Translations under genes and position numbers: made by a program | Part shown: piece after piece, positions 1-11,832 of the stretch | Layout of the letters: each line of letters starts with the position of its first letter | Numbering within the stretch: position 1 is the stretch's first letter | Notes under the pieces: generated by a model | Seen by the model: only the letters and a program-made list of their open reading frames with translations | Told to the model about the DNA's origin: nothing | The model's database searches: none | Assembly: GCA_002862435.1 (NCBI GenBank) | Contig: PKDC01000031.1 | Coordinates: 948-64,947 of the forward strand | Source: Pseudomonadota bacterium | Lineage (GTDB): Bacteria; Pseudomonadota; Gammaproteobacteria; UBA5335 | Direction of reading: 5' to 3' | Length of the DNA: 64,000 nucleotides

Positions 1-3000
1 AGCGCCACAAGCTGGAAGAGCACCACTACCGCGGCGAGCGCTTCAAGGACTGGCCGCAGGACGTCAAGGGCAACAACGACCTGCTGGTGCTGACCCAGCC
101 GGCTATCATCCGGGATATCCACGGTCAGTATCTTGCCGCCGGCGCCGATCTGATCGAAACCAATACCTTCAACTCCACCACAGTCGCCCTGCATGACTAT
201 GGCATGGAGGCGCTGGCCTATGAATTGAACGAAACCGCCGCGCGCATTGCCCGCCAAGCGGCTGACGCCTATGCCACCCCGGATCGACCGCGGTTCGTTG
301 CCGGCGCCATCGGCCCCACCAATCGCACCGCCAGCATCAGTCCGGACGTCAACGACGCGGGTTTTCGCAACATCTCCTATGCCGAGCTGGTCACGGCCTA
401 CCTGGAACAGGCGCGCGGCCTGGTGGCGGGGGGCGCGGATGTACTGCTCATCGAGACCATCTTCGATACCCTGAACGCCAAAGCGGCCATCTTTGCCTGC
501 GAGCGACTGTTCGAGATCTTGGGCGAACGCTGGCCCATCATTCTCTCCGGCACCATCACCGATGCTTCCGGGCGCACCCTGTCGGGCCAGACCACAGAAG
601 CCTTCTGGAACGCCATCCGCCATGCCCAGCCCTTGGCGGTGGGCCTGAACTGCGCCCTGGGCGGCAAGGACATGCGCCCCTACATTGCCGAGCTGGCGCG
701 CCTGGCGGACTGCCATGTGTCCTGCTACCCCAATGCCGGCCTGCCCAATGCCTTTGGCGAATATGACGAAAAACCCGAGGATACCGCCGCGATCCTGGCC
801 GAGTTCGCCGATGCCGGATTGGTGAACCTGGTGGGCGGCTGCTGCGGCACCACGCCGGATCACATCCGCGCCATCGCCGAGGCGATGACGGGCAAGCCGC
901 CCCGCGTGCCGGCCAAACCCGCGCCCGCCTGCCGCCTCTCGGGCCTGGAACCCTTCAACATCACGGCCGAGACGCTGTTCGTGAATGTCGGCGAACGCAC
1001 CAACATCACCGGCTCCGCGCGTTTTCGCGAACTGATCAAGGCCGAGGACTATGGCGCAGCACTCGCGGTGGCCTTGCAACAGGTCGAGGCCGGCGCCCAG
1101 ATCATCGATGTGAACATGGATGAGGGCATGATCGACGGGGTGGCGGCCATGCGCCGCTTCCTGAACCTGATCGCTGCCGAGCCCGACATCGCGCGGGTCC
1201 CGGTGATGATCGACTCGTCCAAATGGGAGGTCATCGAGGCGGGCCTGCAGTGCGTGCAGGGCAAACCCATCGTCAACTCCATTTCGATGAAGGAGGGTGA
1301 GGAGAAGTTCATCCGCGAGGCCCGGCTGTGCCGCCAGTACGGCGCCGCCGTCGTCGTCATGGCCTTCGACGAACAGGGCCAGGCGGACAGCCTGGTGCGG
1401 CGCCAGGAGATCTGCGCCCGGGCCTATCGCATCCTGACCGAGGGGGTGGGTTTTCCGGCCGAGGACATCATCTTCGACCCCAATATCTTTGCGGTTGCTA
1501 CCGGTATCGCCGAACACAATGCATACGGCGTGGATTTCATCGAGGCCACGCGCTGGATCAAGCACAATCTTCCCGGCGCCTTGATTTCCGGTGGCGTATC
1601 GAATGTCTCGTTTTCGTTTCGTGGCAACAACGCCGTGCGCGAGGCCATCCACGCGGTCTTCCTGTATCACGCCATCCAGGCCGGCATGGACATGGGGATC
1701 GTCAACGCCGGCGCGCTGGTGGTCTACGACCAGATCGATACCGACCTGCGCACGCGCATCGAGGATGTGATTCTCAACCGCCGCGAGGACGCCACCGACC
1801 GCCTGCTGGAGATTGCCGAGCGCTTCCGGGGCGATGGCCAAAAACAAGTCGTGGAGGACGAAGCCTGGCGCGCGCTGCCGGTCGGCGAGCGCATCACTCA
1901 TGCCCTGGTCAAGGGCATTGATGCCTTCGTCGAGGCCGACACCGAGGAATTGCGCAGCGAGATCGCCGCACGGGGCGGCCGGCCAATCGAGGTCATTGAA
2001 GGCCCGCTGATGGCGGGCATGAACGTGGTGGGCGATCTGTTCGGCGTGGGCAAGATGTTTTTGCCGCAAGTGGTGAAATCCGCGCGGGTGATGAAAAAGG
2101 CGGTTGCCTACCTGATTCCCTACATCGAGGCGGAAAAAAAACCCGGTGACGCCGTCCGCTCCAAAGGCAAGATCATCATGGCCACCGTCAAGGGCGACGT
2201 GCATGACATAGGCAAGAACATCGTCGGCGTGGTGCTGCAGTGCAACAACTATGATGTCGTCGATCTCGGGGTCATGGTGCCGGCCCAGAGGATCCTGGAT
2301 GCCGCGATCGCAGAAAAGGCCGACATCATTGGCCTGTCGGGGCTGATCACCCCCTCACTGGATGAAATGGTCAACCTGGCCCGGGAAATGGCGCGCCAGA
2401 ATTTCAGCATTCCCCTGCTGATTGGCGGCGCCACCACCTCGCGCGCGCACACGGCGGTGAAGATCGATCCAGCCTATCCTGGCCCGGTGATCTGGGTGAA
2501 GGATGCCTCACGCTCGGTGCCGGTCGCGGCAGCATTGCTGTCGCCCGAGCAAAAGCCTGGGCTGCTGGCGGAGGTGGGTCGGGAATATGACCAAATCCGC
2601 AGCCGCCACGCCAACAAGGACCGGCAGGAAAAATTCCTCGCCCTTGCCGAGGCCCGCTCCCGCCGCACGCCCATCGACTGGAAGAATGATCGACCGCCAC
2701 GGCCACGCATGCTGCTGCAGCAGGCCATGGACGTCTGTCAGGGCCCGACTTGTGATCACACAGCGCATCCGGCGACCCAATTCGTGAAGGTCTTCGATGA
2801 CTATCCGCTGGCCGAGCTGCGCGAATTCATCGATTGGCAGCCCTTCTTCATCAGTTGGGAGCTGAAAGGCCGTTATCCGGACCTGCTGCACAATCCCGCC
2901 ACCGGCGAGGCGGCGCGCCGGCTGTGGGACGATGCCCAGATCATGCTGGACCAACTGATCACAGAACGCTGGCTGCGGGCGAGCGGCATCATCGGCCTGT

Positions 3001-3689
3001 TCCCGGCCCATCAGGTCGATGACGATGACATCGTGATCTATCGCGACGAAAGCCGGCGCGAGGTACTCACCCGGCTGCATCAGTTGCGCCAGCAGGGCGA
3101 ACATCGCGACGGTGTGCCGAACCGCTGCCTGGCGGACTATGTCGCCCCCAAAGACAGCGGCCTGCCTGATTATGTCGGCGCCTTTGCGGTCACGGCGGGG
3201 CTGGGCTGTGCCGAGCGGGTTGCCGAGTTCCGGCGCAATCTCGATGACTACAGTGCCATCCTGCTGGAGTCCCTTGCGGATCGGCTGGCCGAGGCATTCG
3301 CCGAGCGGCTGCACGAGCGGGTGCGGCGCGAATTCTGGGGCTATGCCGCCGACGAGCACCTTGATCGTGCCGATCTCATCGGGGAGAAATACCGCGGCAT
3401 CCGTCCGGCGCCGGGCTATCCGGCCTGCCCCGACCACACCGAAAAAGCCACGCTCTGGCAATTGTTGGATGTCGAGCGGCACTGTGGAATCAGCCTGACA
3501 GAAAGTTATGCCATGTGGCCGGGTGCGGCGGTCAGCGGCTGGTATTTCGCCCATCCGCAGTCGCAGTATTTCGTGCTGGGCCGGCTGGGGCGGGATCAGG
3601 TGGTCGATTACGCCCGCCGCAAGGGGTGGACCCTGGCCGAGGCCGAAAAATGGCTGGCCCCCAACCTGGGCTATGAGCCGGAGGATTGA
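1..3689 (+). CDS. metH: B12-dependent methionine synthase (5' end lies outside the window)
   Basis: The frame is open from nt 3 ([28 protein letters not shown]). Motifs: GLNCA and GGCCGTTP (Hcy/Zn domain), VGERTN (pterin domain), [11 protein letters not shown] (cobalamin binding), [15 protein letters not shown] (activation domain). Confidence 0.97.
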   Translation, partial: RHKLEEHHYRGERFKDWPQDVKGNNDLLVLTQPAIIRDIHGQYLAAGADLIETNTFNSTTVALHDYGMEALAYELNETAARIARQAADAYATPDRPRFVAGAIGPTNRTASISPDVNDAGFRNISYAELVTAYLEQARGLVAGGADVLLIETIFDTLNAKAAIFACERLFEILGERWPIILSGTITDASGRTLSGQTTEAFWNAIRHAQPLAVGLNCALGGKDMRPYIAELARLADCHVSCYPNAGLPNAFGEYDEKPEDTAAILAEFADAGLVNLVGGCCGTTPDHIRAIAEAMTGKPPRVPAKPAPACRLSGLEPFNITAETLFVNVGERTNITGSARFRELIKAEDYGAALAVALQQVEAGAQIIDVNMDEGMIDGVAAMRRFLNLIAAEPDIARVPVMIDSSKWEVIEAGLQCVQGKPIVNSISMKEGEEKFIREARLCRQYGAAVVVMAFDEQGQADSLVRRQEICARAYRILTEGVGFPAEDIIFDPNIFAVATGIAEHNAYGVDFIEATRWIKHNLPGALISGGVSNVSFSFRGNNAVREAIHAVFLYHAIQAGMDMGIVNAGALVVYDQIDTDLRTRIEDVILNRREDATDRLLEIAERFRGDGQKQVVEDEAWRALPVGERITHALVKGIDAFVEADTEELRSEIAARGGRPIEVIEGPLMAGMNVVGDLFGVGKMFLPQVVKSARVMKKAVAYLIPYIEAEKKPGDAVRSKGKIIMATVKGDVHDIGKNIVGVVLQCNNYDVVDLGVMVPAQRILDAAIAEKADIIGLSGLITPSLDEMVNLAREMARQNFSIPLLIGGATTSRAHTAVKIDPAYPGPVIWVKDASRSVPVAAALLSPEQKPGLLAEVGREYDQIRSRHANKDRQEKFLALAEARSRRTPIDWKNDRPPRPRMLLQQAMDVCQGPTCDHTAHPATQFVKVFDDYPLAELREFIDWQPFFISWELKGRYPDLLHNPATGEAARRLWDDAQIMLDQLITERWLRASGIIGLFPAHQVDDDDIVIYRDESRREVLTRLHQLRQQGEHRDGVPNRCLADYVAPKDSGLPDYVGAFAVTAGLGCAERVAEFRRNLDDYSAILLESLADRLAEAFAERLHERVRREFWGYAADEHLDRADLIGEKYRGIRPAPGYPACPDHTEKATLWQLLDVERHCGISLTESYAMWPGAAVSGWYFAHPQSQYFVLGRLGRDQVVDYARRKGWTLAEAEKWLAPNLGYEPED

Positions 3690-3805
3690 ACGTCGTGCCA
3701 GAGGGCCAGTCGAACGCAGACGCGTCGCTGGCCGGCGACATTTCTCGATCCATGGTGTGTCAGCCATGCTCTGGATACGCTTATTTTTTAACGAGGAGGT
3801 GAGTG

Positions 3806-4114
3806 ATGGGCCACATGACACGTATCGCCCTGATGGTCGTTCTGGTTGGCTTGGCCGACAGCGCTTTGGCGGAAACGGGCGACAGGGGGCCCGGCATGAT
3901 GAAACATATGTGGACGATGGCGGATGCGGATAAAGATGGCCGCATCAGCAAGGCCGAGTTCACGGCGATGAGTGACAAGCGCTTTGCGGTGCTCGATGCC
4001 AACGGCGATGGCTTTTTGGACGACAGCGAACGGGAGCAGGCCCAGTCGCGCATGCGGCAGCATATGGGCAAGATGTTGGGCGGCGGATCACAGACACCTC
4101 CCACCGACCCCTGA
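3806..4114 (+). CDS. Secreted EF-hand protein
   Basis: SD GAGGAGG at 3793-3799, signal peptide ending ALA, two EF-hand loops (DADKDGRISKAEF, DANGDGFLDDSE). Confidence 0.85.
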   Translation: MGHMTRIALMVVLVGLADSALAETGDRGPGMMKHMWTMADADKDGRISKAEFTAMSDKRFAVLDANGDGFLDDSEREQAQSRMRQHMGKMLGGGSQTPPTDP

Positions 4115-4434
4115 AGCCTTGTCGCCCGGCAATTGGATTGACAGGCAATGCCGTGCGGATTACCGTCTGCCGCGCGCTTGTTGACGCTGACGCGCAATGC
4201 CCCGCCGCATCAAACATTCCGCTGGCCATCATTGATTCGAGCGGCACGCCGGGTTGCTTGGATTTTGACAGCGGCATCAGGCGGGCGAAAACCGATCGTT
4301 GTGTCTCAAGCGGGATGACGAAAGGCCGATGTTGACGGACAACGGAGCTCAATCCGGCATCAACGGGGAGCACTGATCCGCTCACCTGACGGCACGCGCC
4401 GTCGATTTTTTCTCTGTTTCCATCAGGAATCTCC

Positions 4435-5637
4435 ATGACGCGATCCGCCCCTTCCGCTGCATCCTCTCCCGCGTCCAGGCGGAAGCCGAACCACAAGCAA
4501 TTCATCGCTCGCGGTGGACTGCTGGGGTTGATGATCCTGGGGGGCGCCTACCTGCTCTGGGGGCAAAAACCCAGCGCCGAGCCCGTGATCGTTGATCGCC
4601 CTGCGCCCGTGTCGATGGCTGCGGTGAGCAAGGCCGATTTGAACGTCTATCTGAATGGACTCGGAACGGTTACCCCGCTCAATACCGTGACCGTGCGCAG
4701 CCGCGTGGACGGCGAGTTGATGGCCCTGCATTTTGAGGAAGGTCAATTAGTGACGTCGGGCGCCCTTCTTGCCGAAATCGATCCCCGGGCATTCCAGGTC
4801 CAGCTCCAGCAGACCGAGGCGCAACTAGCACGGGATCAGGCACTCCTGACCAACGCCCAGCAGGATCTGGCCCGTTACCAGAAATTGCTCAAGGAAGACT
4901 CCATTGCCGAGCAACAGGTCTCCACGCAGGAAGCCCAGGTGCGCCAATATGAGTCAGCCCTGAAGATTGACCAAGCGCAAATCAGCAATGTGCGCCTGCA
5001 ACTCGACTACAGTCGCATTACGGCGCCCATCACCGGACGCATCGGCTTGCGCAACGTTGACAAAGGCAACCTGGTGCGTGCGGGCGATCCCAATGGTTTG
5101 GCTGTGATTACCCAGACCCAGCCCATCGCGGTGCTGTTCGATATTCCGGAGGATGCCCTACCCGTCGTGCTGGAGCGCATGCGCAGCGCTTCCTTGCCGG
5201 TGACCGCCTTCAATCGTGACCAGTCGCGCAAGCTGGGCCAGGGCCAGTTGGTTGCCGTCGACAACCGCATCAACTCCAGCACAGGTATGGTGCGCCTGAA
5301 GGCCCGGTTCGCCAACGCGGATGAAAACCTGTTTCCCAACCAGTTCGTCAACGCCCGCCTGTTACTCAGCGTGGCGCGCAATGCCACAGTCATACCCGAC
5401 GGGGCCATCCTGCGTGGCGTGCAGGGCAATTACGTCTGGGTGATCGGACCCGAGCAGACCGTCACCGCCCGCCCGATTCAGACCGGTGTCAGCGATCAGG
5501 GCCTGACCGCTGTGACCGCGGGATTGAGCCTTGGGGAGCAGGTGGTTGTCGACGGCACCGAAAAACTGGCCGAAGGCAAGTCGGTTGAGATCATCGAGAA
5601 AGCAGCCTCCCTCCCTGCCTCTCCCAAAGCCCCATGA
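4435..5637 (+). CDS. mdtA: RND efflux membrane fusion protein, MdtA/MuxA family
   Basis: [33 protein letters not shown] and LFPNQFVN motifs; overlaps the next gene (ATGA). Confidence 0.9.
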   Translation: MTRSAPSAASSPASRRKPNHKQFIARGGLLGLMILGGAYLLWGQKPSAEPVIVDRPAPVSMAAVSKADLNVYLNGLGTVTPLNTVTVRSRVDGELMALHFEEGQLVTSGALLAEIDPRAFQVQLQQTEAQLARDQALLTNAQQDLARYQKLLKEDSIAEQQVSTQEAQVRQYESALKIDQAQISNVRLQLDYSRITAPITGRIGLRNVDKGNLVRAGDPNGLAVITQTQPIAVLFDIPEDALPVVLERMRSASLPVTAFNRDQSRKLGQGQLVAVDNRINSSTGMVRLKARFANADENLFPNQFVNARLLLSVARNATVIPDGAILRGVQGNYVWVIGPEQTVTARPIQTGVSDQGLTAVTAGLSLGEQVVVDGTEKLAEGKSVEIIEKAASLPASPKAP

Positions 5638-8600
5638 ACCCTTCGCGCCTGTTTATTCTTCGGCCGGTTGCGACCTCGCTGATCATGGCGGCCCTGCTCA
5701 TCGCAGGTCTGCTGGGCTATCGCTTCCTGCCTCTCGCCGCCCTGCCGCAGGTGGAATATCCCACCATTCAGGTGGTAACGCTCTACCCCGGTGCCAGTCC
5801 GGAGGTGATGGTGTCGTCTGTCACCGCACCCTTGGAACGTCAACTCGGCCAGATGGCCGGACTCAGCCAGATGACCTCCACCAGTTCCGCGGGGGCATCG
5901 GTCATCACCCTGCAATTTTCCCTCGACCTTACGCTGGACATTGCTGAACAGCAGGTCCAGGCGGGCATCAATGCCGCCAACACCTTCCTGCCCTTCGACC
6001 TGCCCAATCCGCCCATTTACAACAAGATCAATCCGGCCGACGCGCCGATCATGACACTGGCATTGACCTCCCGAAATCTGCCCTTGTCCGAGGTGGAGGA
6101 CCTGGCGGACACACGGCTGGCGCAAAAACTGGCCCAGGTGAGCGGCGTGGGGCTGGTCAGTATCAGTGGCGGCCAGCGACCGGCGATCCGCATCCAGGTC
6201 GATCCGCGCGCACTCACCGCCTACAACCTGAGCCTGGAAGATTTGCGGACCGCGGTTGGCGCCAACAACGTCAACCAGGCCAAGGGCAGCTTCGATGGCC
6301 CGGATCGCGCCTATACCATCGACGCCAATGACCAGTTGCTGAGCGCCGAGCAATTCGCACAGATGGTGGTGGCCTATCGGGGCGGCTCACCGGTGCGTCT
6401 GCATCAGGTGGCGCGGGTGGTGCGCGACGTCGAGAATACCCGCCAGGCCGCCTGGTCCGGCCGCGAGCCGGCGGTTCTCGTCAACATCCAGCGCCAGCCC
6501 GGCGCCAATGTGATCGAGGTCGTTGATCGCATCAAGGAATTGCTGCCGCGGTTGCAGGAATCCCTGCCCGCCGCCGTGACACTCGATATATTTTCCGATC
6601 GCACCACCACCATCCGCGCTTCGGTAGCGGATGTGCAGTTCGAATTGATGTTGGCCGTTGCCCTCGTGGTGATGGTGATCTTTCTGTTCCTGCGCAACCT
6701 CACCGCCACGCTTATTCCCGGTATTGCGGTGCCGCTGTCTCTGGTGGGTACCTTCGCCTTCATGTACCTGGCTGGCTTCAGCGTCAACAACCTGACCCTG
6801 ATGGCCCTCACCATTGCTGCCGGATTCGTGGTGGACGACGCCATCGTGGTCATCGAGAACATCAGTCGCTATCTGGAGGCAGGGGATTCGCCGCTGGAGG
6901 CGGCGTTGAAAGGCTCACGCCAGATCGCCTTCACCATCATCTCGCTCACCGTATCCCTGGTGGCCGTCCTGATCCCCCTGTTGTTCATGGGGGATGTGAT
7001 TGGCCGACTGTTTCGCGAATTCGCCGTGACCTTGGCGGTGTCCATCCTGATCTCGGCCGTGGTCTCGCTCACGCTGACGCCGATGATGTGTGCTCGTTTG
7101 CTGCACAGCGCGCCGGCCGGTCGCCATTCCGAACTGGCCCAGGGCCGTTTCCTCGATGACGTGATCGCCCGCTACAGCCGGATCCTGAACCGGGTGCTGG
7201 ACCGTCCTGGACCCATGCAGCTCATCGCTGTTGCCACCCTGATTCTCACGCTGGTGTTGTACGTCCTGATTCCCAAGGGTTTCTTGCCATCGCAGGATAC
7301 AGGGCTCATCCAGGGCATTTCGGAAGCGCCCCAAGCGATTTCCTTCCAGGCCATGACTGAGCGGCAACAGGCGCTGGTCGAGGTCCTGCTTGAGGAGCCG
7401 GCAGTTGCGGGGGTGACCTCCTTCATCGGCGTGGACGGCGCCAATCCCACCCTCAACAGCGGGCGTCTGCTGATCCAGCTCAAACCCCATGAAGAGCGCG
7501 ACCAGGATGCAATGACCCTGATGCGCAGCCTGCAGGAGCGGGTAGCGCGCGTACCGGGCATTTCCCTGTACCTGCAACCGTTGCAGGACCTGAGCATTGG
7601 CAACCTGGTTTCGCGCACCCAGTACCAGCTCACCCTGCAGGATCCGGATCCCGCCGAACTGGCCGCATGGATCACGCCCCTGACCCAGCGCCTGCAAGCG
7701 CTCCCGTCCCTGCGAGATGTGAACCACAACCTGCAAACCGGCGGGCTGCAGGCCTATCTGACCATCGATCGCAATGCGGCGGCGCGCTTCGGCATCACCG
7801 CCGCCGCCATCGACAATGCCCTCTACAACGCCTTTGGCCAGCGCATCGTGTCCACCATTTTCACCCAGTCCAACCAATACCGTGTGGTGCTGGAACTCGA
7901 CCCCGCCCTGCAACGCAGCCTGGCGGCGCTGGAGCGGATCTACGTGCCCTCTCCGGCCGGCGTACAGGTGCCGCTCACCGCACTGGCGCGGCTGAGTGAA
8001 CGCACCACGCCAGTGATGATCCAGCATCTGGGTCAGTTCCCTTCGGCCACCATCTCCTTCAACCTATCGCCTGATGCCTCTCTGGGGGCGGCGGTGGCTG
8101 ATGTCGAGGCGGTGTTGGCAGAACTGGCGCCACCTGCCAGCCTGCAGACCCGTTTCCAGGGCGATGCCCTGGCGTTTCGCGCTTCCCTGGCCAACCAGAC
8201 CTACCTGCTGCTGGCGGCCATCGTCTGCATGTACATCGTGCTGGGGATGCTCTATGAGAGCTACATCCATCCCATCACCATTCTCTCCACCCTGCCCTCG
8301 GCGGGTGTGGGCGCCTTGCTGGCCCTGTTGCTGAGCGGTCATCCGCTGGATGTGATCGGCATCATTGGAATCGTGCTATTGATCGGCATCGTCAAGAAGA
8401 ACGCCATCATGATGGTGGACTTCGCCCTGGACGCCGAACGCAGCGGCGGCAAGTCGCCCCGGGAGGCGATTTTCGAGGCCTGCCTGTTGCGCTTCCGGCC
8501 GATCCTGATGACCACGCTGGCCGCCTTGCTGAGCGCGCTGCCGATGATGTTGAGTACGGGCGTGGGCGCTGAATTGCGCCGGCCTCTGGGACTCACCCTG

Positions 8601-8726
8601 GTGGGCGGGCTGGTGCTGAGCCAGTTGCTGACCTTGTTTACCACGCCGGTGATCTACCTGGCGTTTTCCGACCTGGCTGAGCGCATCGGTCGTCGTCCGG
8701 CGCCCGCGCCCGAGGGCGCGCCTTGA
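5634..8726 (+). CDS. mdtB: RND efflux permease MdtB/MuxB
   Basis: Starts [16 protein letters not shown]; [23 protein letters not shown] and RFRPILMTT motifs. Confidence 0.92.
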   Translation: MNPSRLFILRPVATSLIMAALLIAGLLGYRFLPLAALPQVEYPTIQVVTLYPGASPEVMVSSVTAPLERQLGQMAGLSQMTSTSSAGASVITLQFSLDLTLDIAEQQVQAGINAANTFLPFDLPNPPIYNKINPADAPIMTLALTSRNLPLSEVEDLADTRLAQKLAQVSGVGLVSISGGQRPAIRIQVDPRALTAYNLSLEDLRTAVGANNVNQAKGSFDGPDRAYTIDANDQLLSAEQFAQMVVAYRGGSPVRLHQVARVVRDVENTRQAAWSGREPAVLVNIQRQPGANVIEVVDRIKELLPRLQESLPAAVTLDIFSDRTTTIRASVADVQFELMLAVALVVMVIFLFLRNLTATLIPGIAVPLSLVGTFAFMYLAGFSVNNLTLMALTIAAGFVVDDAIVVIENISRYLEAGDSPLEAALKGSRQIAFTIISLTVSLVAVLIPLLFMGDVIGRLFREFAVTLAVSILISAVVSLTLTPMMCARLLHSAPAGRHSELAQGRFLDDVIARYSRILNRVLDRPGPMQLIAVATLILTLVLYVLIPKGFLPSQDTGLIQGISEAPQAISFQAMTERQQALVEVLLEEPAVAGVTSFIGVDGANPTLNSGRLLIQLKPHEERDQDAMTLMRSLQERVARVPGISLYLQPLQDLSIGNLVSRTQYQLTLQDPDPAELAAWITPLTQRLQALPSLRDVNHNLQTGGLQAYLTIDRNAAARFGITAAAIDNALYNAFGQRIVSTIFTQSNQYRVVLELDPALQRSLAALERIYVPSPAGVQVPLTALARLSERTTPVMIQHLGQFPSATISFNLSPDASLGAAVADVEAVLAELAPPASLQTRFQGDALAFRASLANQTYLLLAAIVCMYIVLGMLYESYIHPITILSTLPSAGVGALLALLLSGHPLDVIGIIGIVLLIGIVKKNAIMMVDFALDAERSGGKSPREAIFEACLLRFRPILMTTLAALLSALPMMLSTGVGAELRRPLGLTLVGGLVLSQLLTLFTTPVIYLAFSDLAERIGRRPAPAPEGAP

Positions 8727-11700
8727 ATTTCGGCGCATTTTTCATCTACCGGCCGGTCACCACCACGCTGCTGACTCTGGCCATCACCCTCTCGGGGCTG
8801 GTGGGTTTTTTCCTGATGCCTGTGGCGCCGATGCCAAAGGTTGATTTCCCCACCATCGTGGTGATTGCCCGGCTACCCGGCGCAAGCCCGGAAACCATCG
8901 CCGCCACCGTGGCCACGCCGCTGGAACGCCAACTGGGGCGGATCGCCGGCATCGAGGAAATGAGTTCCTCCAGTTCAATGGGTTTCACCCGTATCATCAT
9001 CCAGTTCGATGTCAACCGGGACATTGATGGCGCGGCGCGCGACGTCCAGGCCGCCATCAATGCAGCGCGCAGCCTGTTGCCTGCCAATCTCCCGACGAGC
9101 CCCATTTATCGCAAGGCCAATCCTGCGGATTCGCCGATCCTTTTGCTGTCTCTCACCTCCGATACCCTGACGCCGGGTCAGATGTACGATGCCGCCTCTA
9201 CGATACTGGCCCAGAAGCTCTCCCAAGTGTATGGCATCGGTCAGGTGGAACTGGGCGGCTCGGCCCTGCCGGCCGTTCGGGTTGAACTCAATCTCGACGC
9301 GGTCAACAAATACGGTCTGGGGCTCGAACAGATCCGTCAGGCGTTGGCGGGGGCCAATGCCAACCGGCCCAAAGGCAGCCTAGAGGACGACCAGAAGCGC
9401 TGGTTGATTCACGCCAACGATCAGGCCAAGACCGCCAGCGAATTCCGCGATTTGGTGATTGCCTACGTTGCAGGCTCGCCTGTGCTGCTGCGGGACATCG
9501 CTGAAGTGCACGATGCCGTGCAGGACATCCGCAATGCCGGAACGGCCAATGGCAAAACGGCAGTGGTTATCGCCTTGCGTACACAGCCAGGCGCCAACGT
9601 CATTGAAACCGTGGATCGGGTCAAGGCGCTGTTGCCTGAACTCAAGGCCTCGGTACCGGGCGGCGTGAACCTCACCGTCGAGCTCGACCAGTCCGAGACC
9701 ATCCGCGCCTCGCTGCATGAGGTGGAGGTCACCATCGTCATCTCCACCATCCTGGTGTTGGGCGTGGTGCTGTTGTTTCTGCGCAATGCGCGCGCCACGC
9801 TGGTGCCGGCGGTGGCGCTGCCGGTGTCTTTGATCGGCACCTTCGGGGCGCTCTATTTGATGGGCTACACCATCGACAATCTCTCGCTCATGGCAATCAC
9901 CATCGCGACCGGCTTTGTCGTGGACGATGTGATCGTGGTGCTGGAAAACATCATGCGCCATCTGGAAAAAGGCAGTCCGCCATTTCAGGCCGCCTTGGAC
10001 GGCACACGGGAAGTGAGCTTCACCGTGGTCTCCATGACCCTGTCGCTGGTGGCGGTGTTCCTGCCCATCGTGCTGATGGGCGGCATGATCGGACGCCTGA
10101 TCCAGGAATTCGGTGCCACGCTATCCATTGCCGTGCTGGTGTCGATGGTGGTGTCGCTGACCCTGACGCCCATGATGAGCGCCCGGTTGCTGCGGCAGGA
10201 AACGTTCGCCAACCCCGGTCGGCTGCATCGTTGGATCGATGCGGGATTCGAGCGGATGATGCAGGCCTACCGAGTGAGCCTGGGTTGGGCCTTGCGCCAT
10301 TCCTTCCTGACCCTGATGTCGTTGTTCGCCACCTTCGCGCTCAATATTTTCCTGTTCGTGGTGGTCCCCAAGGGGCTGCTGCCCCAGTACGACATCGGCA
10401 AATTGCTGGGCTATATCAGCGGCGAGCAGGCTTTGTCTTTCCAATCGATGCGCGACAAGCAGCAACAGTTCACCGACATCCTGCGCGCCGATCCGGCAGT
10501 GGAGAGCGTGGTGTCTTTCATCGGCGGGGAATCACAAGGCAACACGGGCTTCGTATTCGTCTCGCTCAAACCGCTGGACGAACGGCGCATACCGGCCCAC
10601 AAGGTGATGGAGCGTTTGCGCACACAGATCAACGATGTTCCCGGTGCCACCTTGTTTCTTCAGGGCCCACAGGACATCCGTCCCGGCGGCCGACCCAGCA
10701 ATTCCCGCTATCAGTACAGCCTGCAGAGCGACAATCTGGACGATCTCTACCTGTGGTCGGAGCGCCTTGAACAGGCGCTGAAGGCGCAGGGCGGGCTGGT
10801 CGACGTCAACAACGACCTCAAGACCCGCGGCCTCCATGCCAAGGTCGTGATTGACCGGGACGCTGCGGTGCGATTGGGTGTGGATCCGGCACGGGTGGAC
10901 GCCACGCTCTACGACGCCTTCGGTCAGCGTCCGGTATCGACCATCTATGCCGAGCGCAACCAGTATTTTGTTGTGATGACCGCAAGCCCCACCGACACAG
11001 CTGATCCGGCAGCGCTGAAGAAGCTGTTCGTCCAGTCGCGCACCGGCGCGCTGGTGCCCTTGTCGGCTTTCAGCCATGTCGAGACCATCAAGGGCCCCAT
11101 CGTCGTCAACCACCAAGGGCAGTTCGCCGCGGCCACGCTGTCGTTCGACCTGGCACCCAAAGTCTCCCTGAGCGACGCCGACCAGATCATCCGCCGTGCC
11201 ATGACCCAGATCGGTGCGCCCACCTCGGTGCGGGGCGGTTTCCAGGGTGAGGCGCTGGCCTTCAAGAAGTCGCTGTCCTCGGAGCCCTGGCTGTTGTTGG
11301 GGGCGCTGGTGACGATCTATGTGGTGCTGGGCATTCTCTATGAGAGCTTCATCCACCCCATCACCATTCTCTCCACCCTGCCTTCGGCTGGCGTGGGCGC
11401 GATTCTCGCCTTGATGATCACCGGGGTGGAACTCAATGCCATGGCGCTCATCAGCCTGTTCCTGCTGATCGGCATCGTCAAGAAGAACGCCATCATGATG
11501 GTGGACGTCGCCATCCAGACCCAGCGTGAACTGAATCAAACGCCGGAACAGGCGATTTTCGAAGCCGCCCTGATTCGATTGCGCCCCATTCTGATGACCA
11601 CCCTCGCCGCCGCGCTAGGTGCCCTGCCGCTGGCGATCGCCACCGGTTACGGCGCCGATCTGCGCCGGCCGCTGGGCATCGCCATCGTCGGCGGGCTGTT

Positions 11701-11821
11701 GTTCAGCCAGTTCCTGACCCTCTACACCACACCCGTGGTTTACCTCTACATGGACCGATTGCACCAGTGGACCCAGCGTCGCTGGGTGTTGCCAAGCAAT
11801 CCGGTCCGCGTGACTGACTGA
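8723..11821 (+). CDS. mdtC: RND efflux permease MdtC/MuxC
   Basis: Second tandem RND paralog; [22 protein letters not shown] and [14 protein letters not shown] motifs. Confidence 0.9.
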   Translation: MNFGAFFIYRPVTTTLLTLAITLSGLVGFFLMPVAPMPKVDFPTIVVIARLPGASPETIAATVATPLERQLGRIAGIEEMSSSSSMGFTRIIIQFDVNRDIDGAARDVQAAINAARSLLPANLPTSPIYRKANPADSPILLLSLTSDTLTPGQMYDAASTILAQKLSQVYGIGQVELGGSALPAVRVELNLDAVNKYGLGLEQIRQALAGANANRPKGSLEDDQKRWLIHANDQAKTASEFRDLVIAYVAGSPVLLRDIAEVHDAVQDIRNAGTANGKTAVVIALRTQPGANVIETVDRVKALLPELKASVPGGVNLTVELDQSETIRASLHEVEVTIVISTILVLGVVLLFLRNARATLVPAVALPVSLIGTFGALYLMGYTIDNLSLMAITIATGFVVDDVIVVLENIMRHLEKGSPPFQAALDGTREVSFTVVSMTLSLVAVFLPIVLMGGMIGRLIQEFGATLSIAVLVSMVVSLTLTPMMSARLLRQETFANPGRLHRWIDAGFERMMQAYRVSLGWALRHSFLTLMSLFATFALNIFLFVVVPKGLLPQYDIGKLLGYISGEQALSFQSMRDKQQQFTDILRADPAVESVVSFIGGESQGNTGFVFVSLKPLDERRIPAHKVMERLRTQINDVPGATLFLQGPQDIRPGGRPSNSRYQYSLQSDNLDDLYLWSERLEQALKAQGGLVDVNNDLKTRGLHAKVVIDRDAAVRLGVDPARVDATLYDAFGQRPVSTIYAERNQYFVVMTASPTDTADPAALKKLFVQSRTGALVPLSAFSHVETIKGPIVVNHQGQFAAATLSFDLAPKVSLSDADQIIRRAMTQIGAPTSVRGGFQGEALAFKKSLSSEPWLLLGALVTIYVVLGILYESFIHPITILSTLPSAGVGAILALMITGVELNAMALISLFLLIGIVKKNAIMMVDVAIQTQRELNQTPEQAIFEAALIRLRPILMTTLAAALGALPLAIATGYGADLRRPLGIAIVGGLLFSQFLTLYTTPVVYLYMDRLHQWTQRRWVLPSNPVRVTD

Positions 11822-11832
11822 AGGCCCTTGCC

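Noticed and set aside
4350-4395. Resemblance of CGGGGAGCAC...CCGCTCACCTG to a ZTP riboswitch, or of ACGR loops to guanidine-II
   Set aside because: The 5' GACTGGCG element and properly closed ACGR tetraloops are missing, and the downstream genes do not fit ZTP.
8380-11507. Near-identical DNA stretches shared by mdtB and mdtC (for example TGATCGGCATCGTCAAGAAGAACGCCATCATGATGGTGGAC)
   Set aside because: They encode the most conserved RND transmembrane motif in tandem paralogs, so they are not a repeat element.
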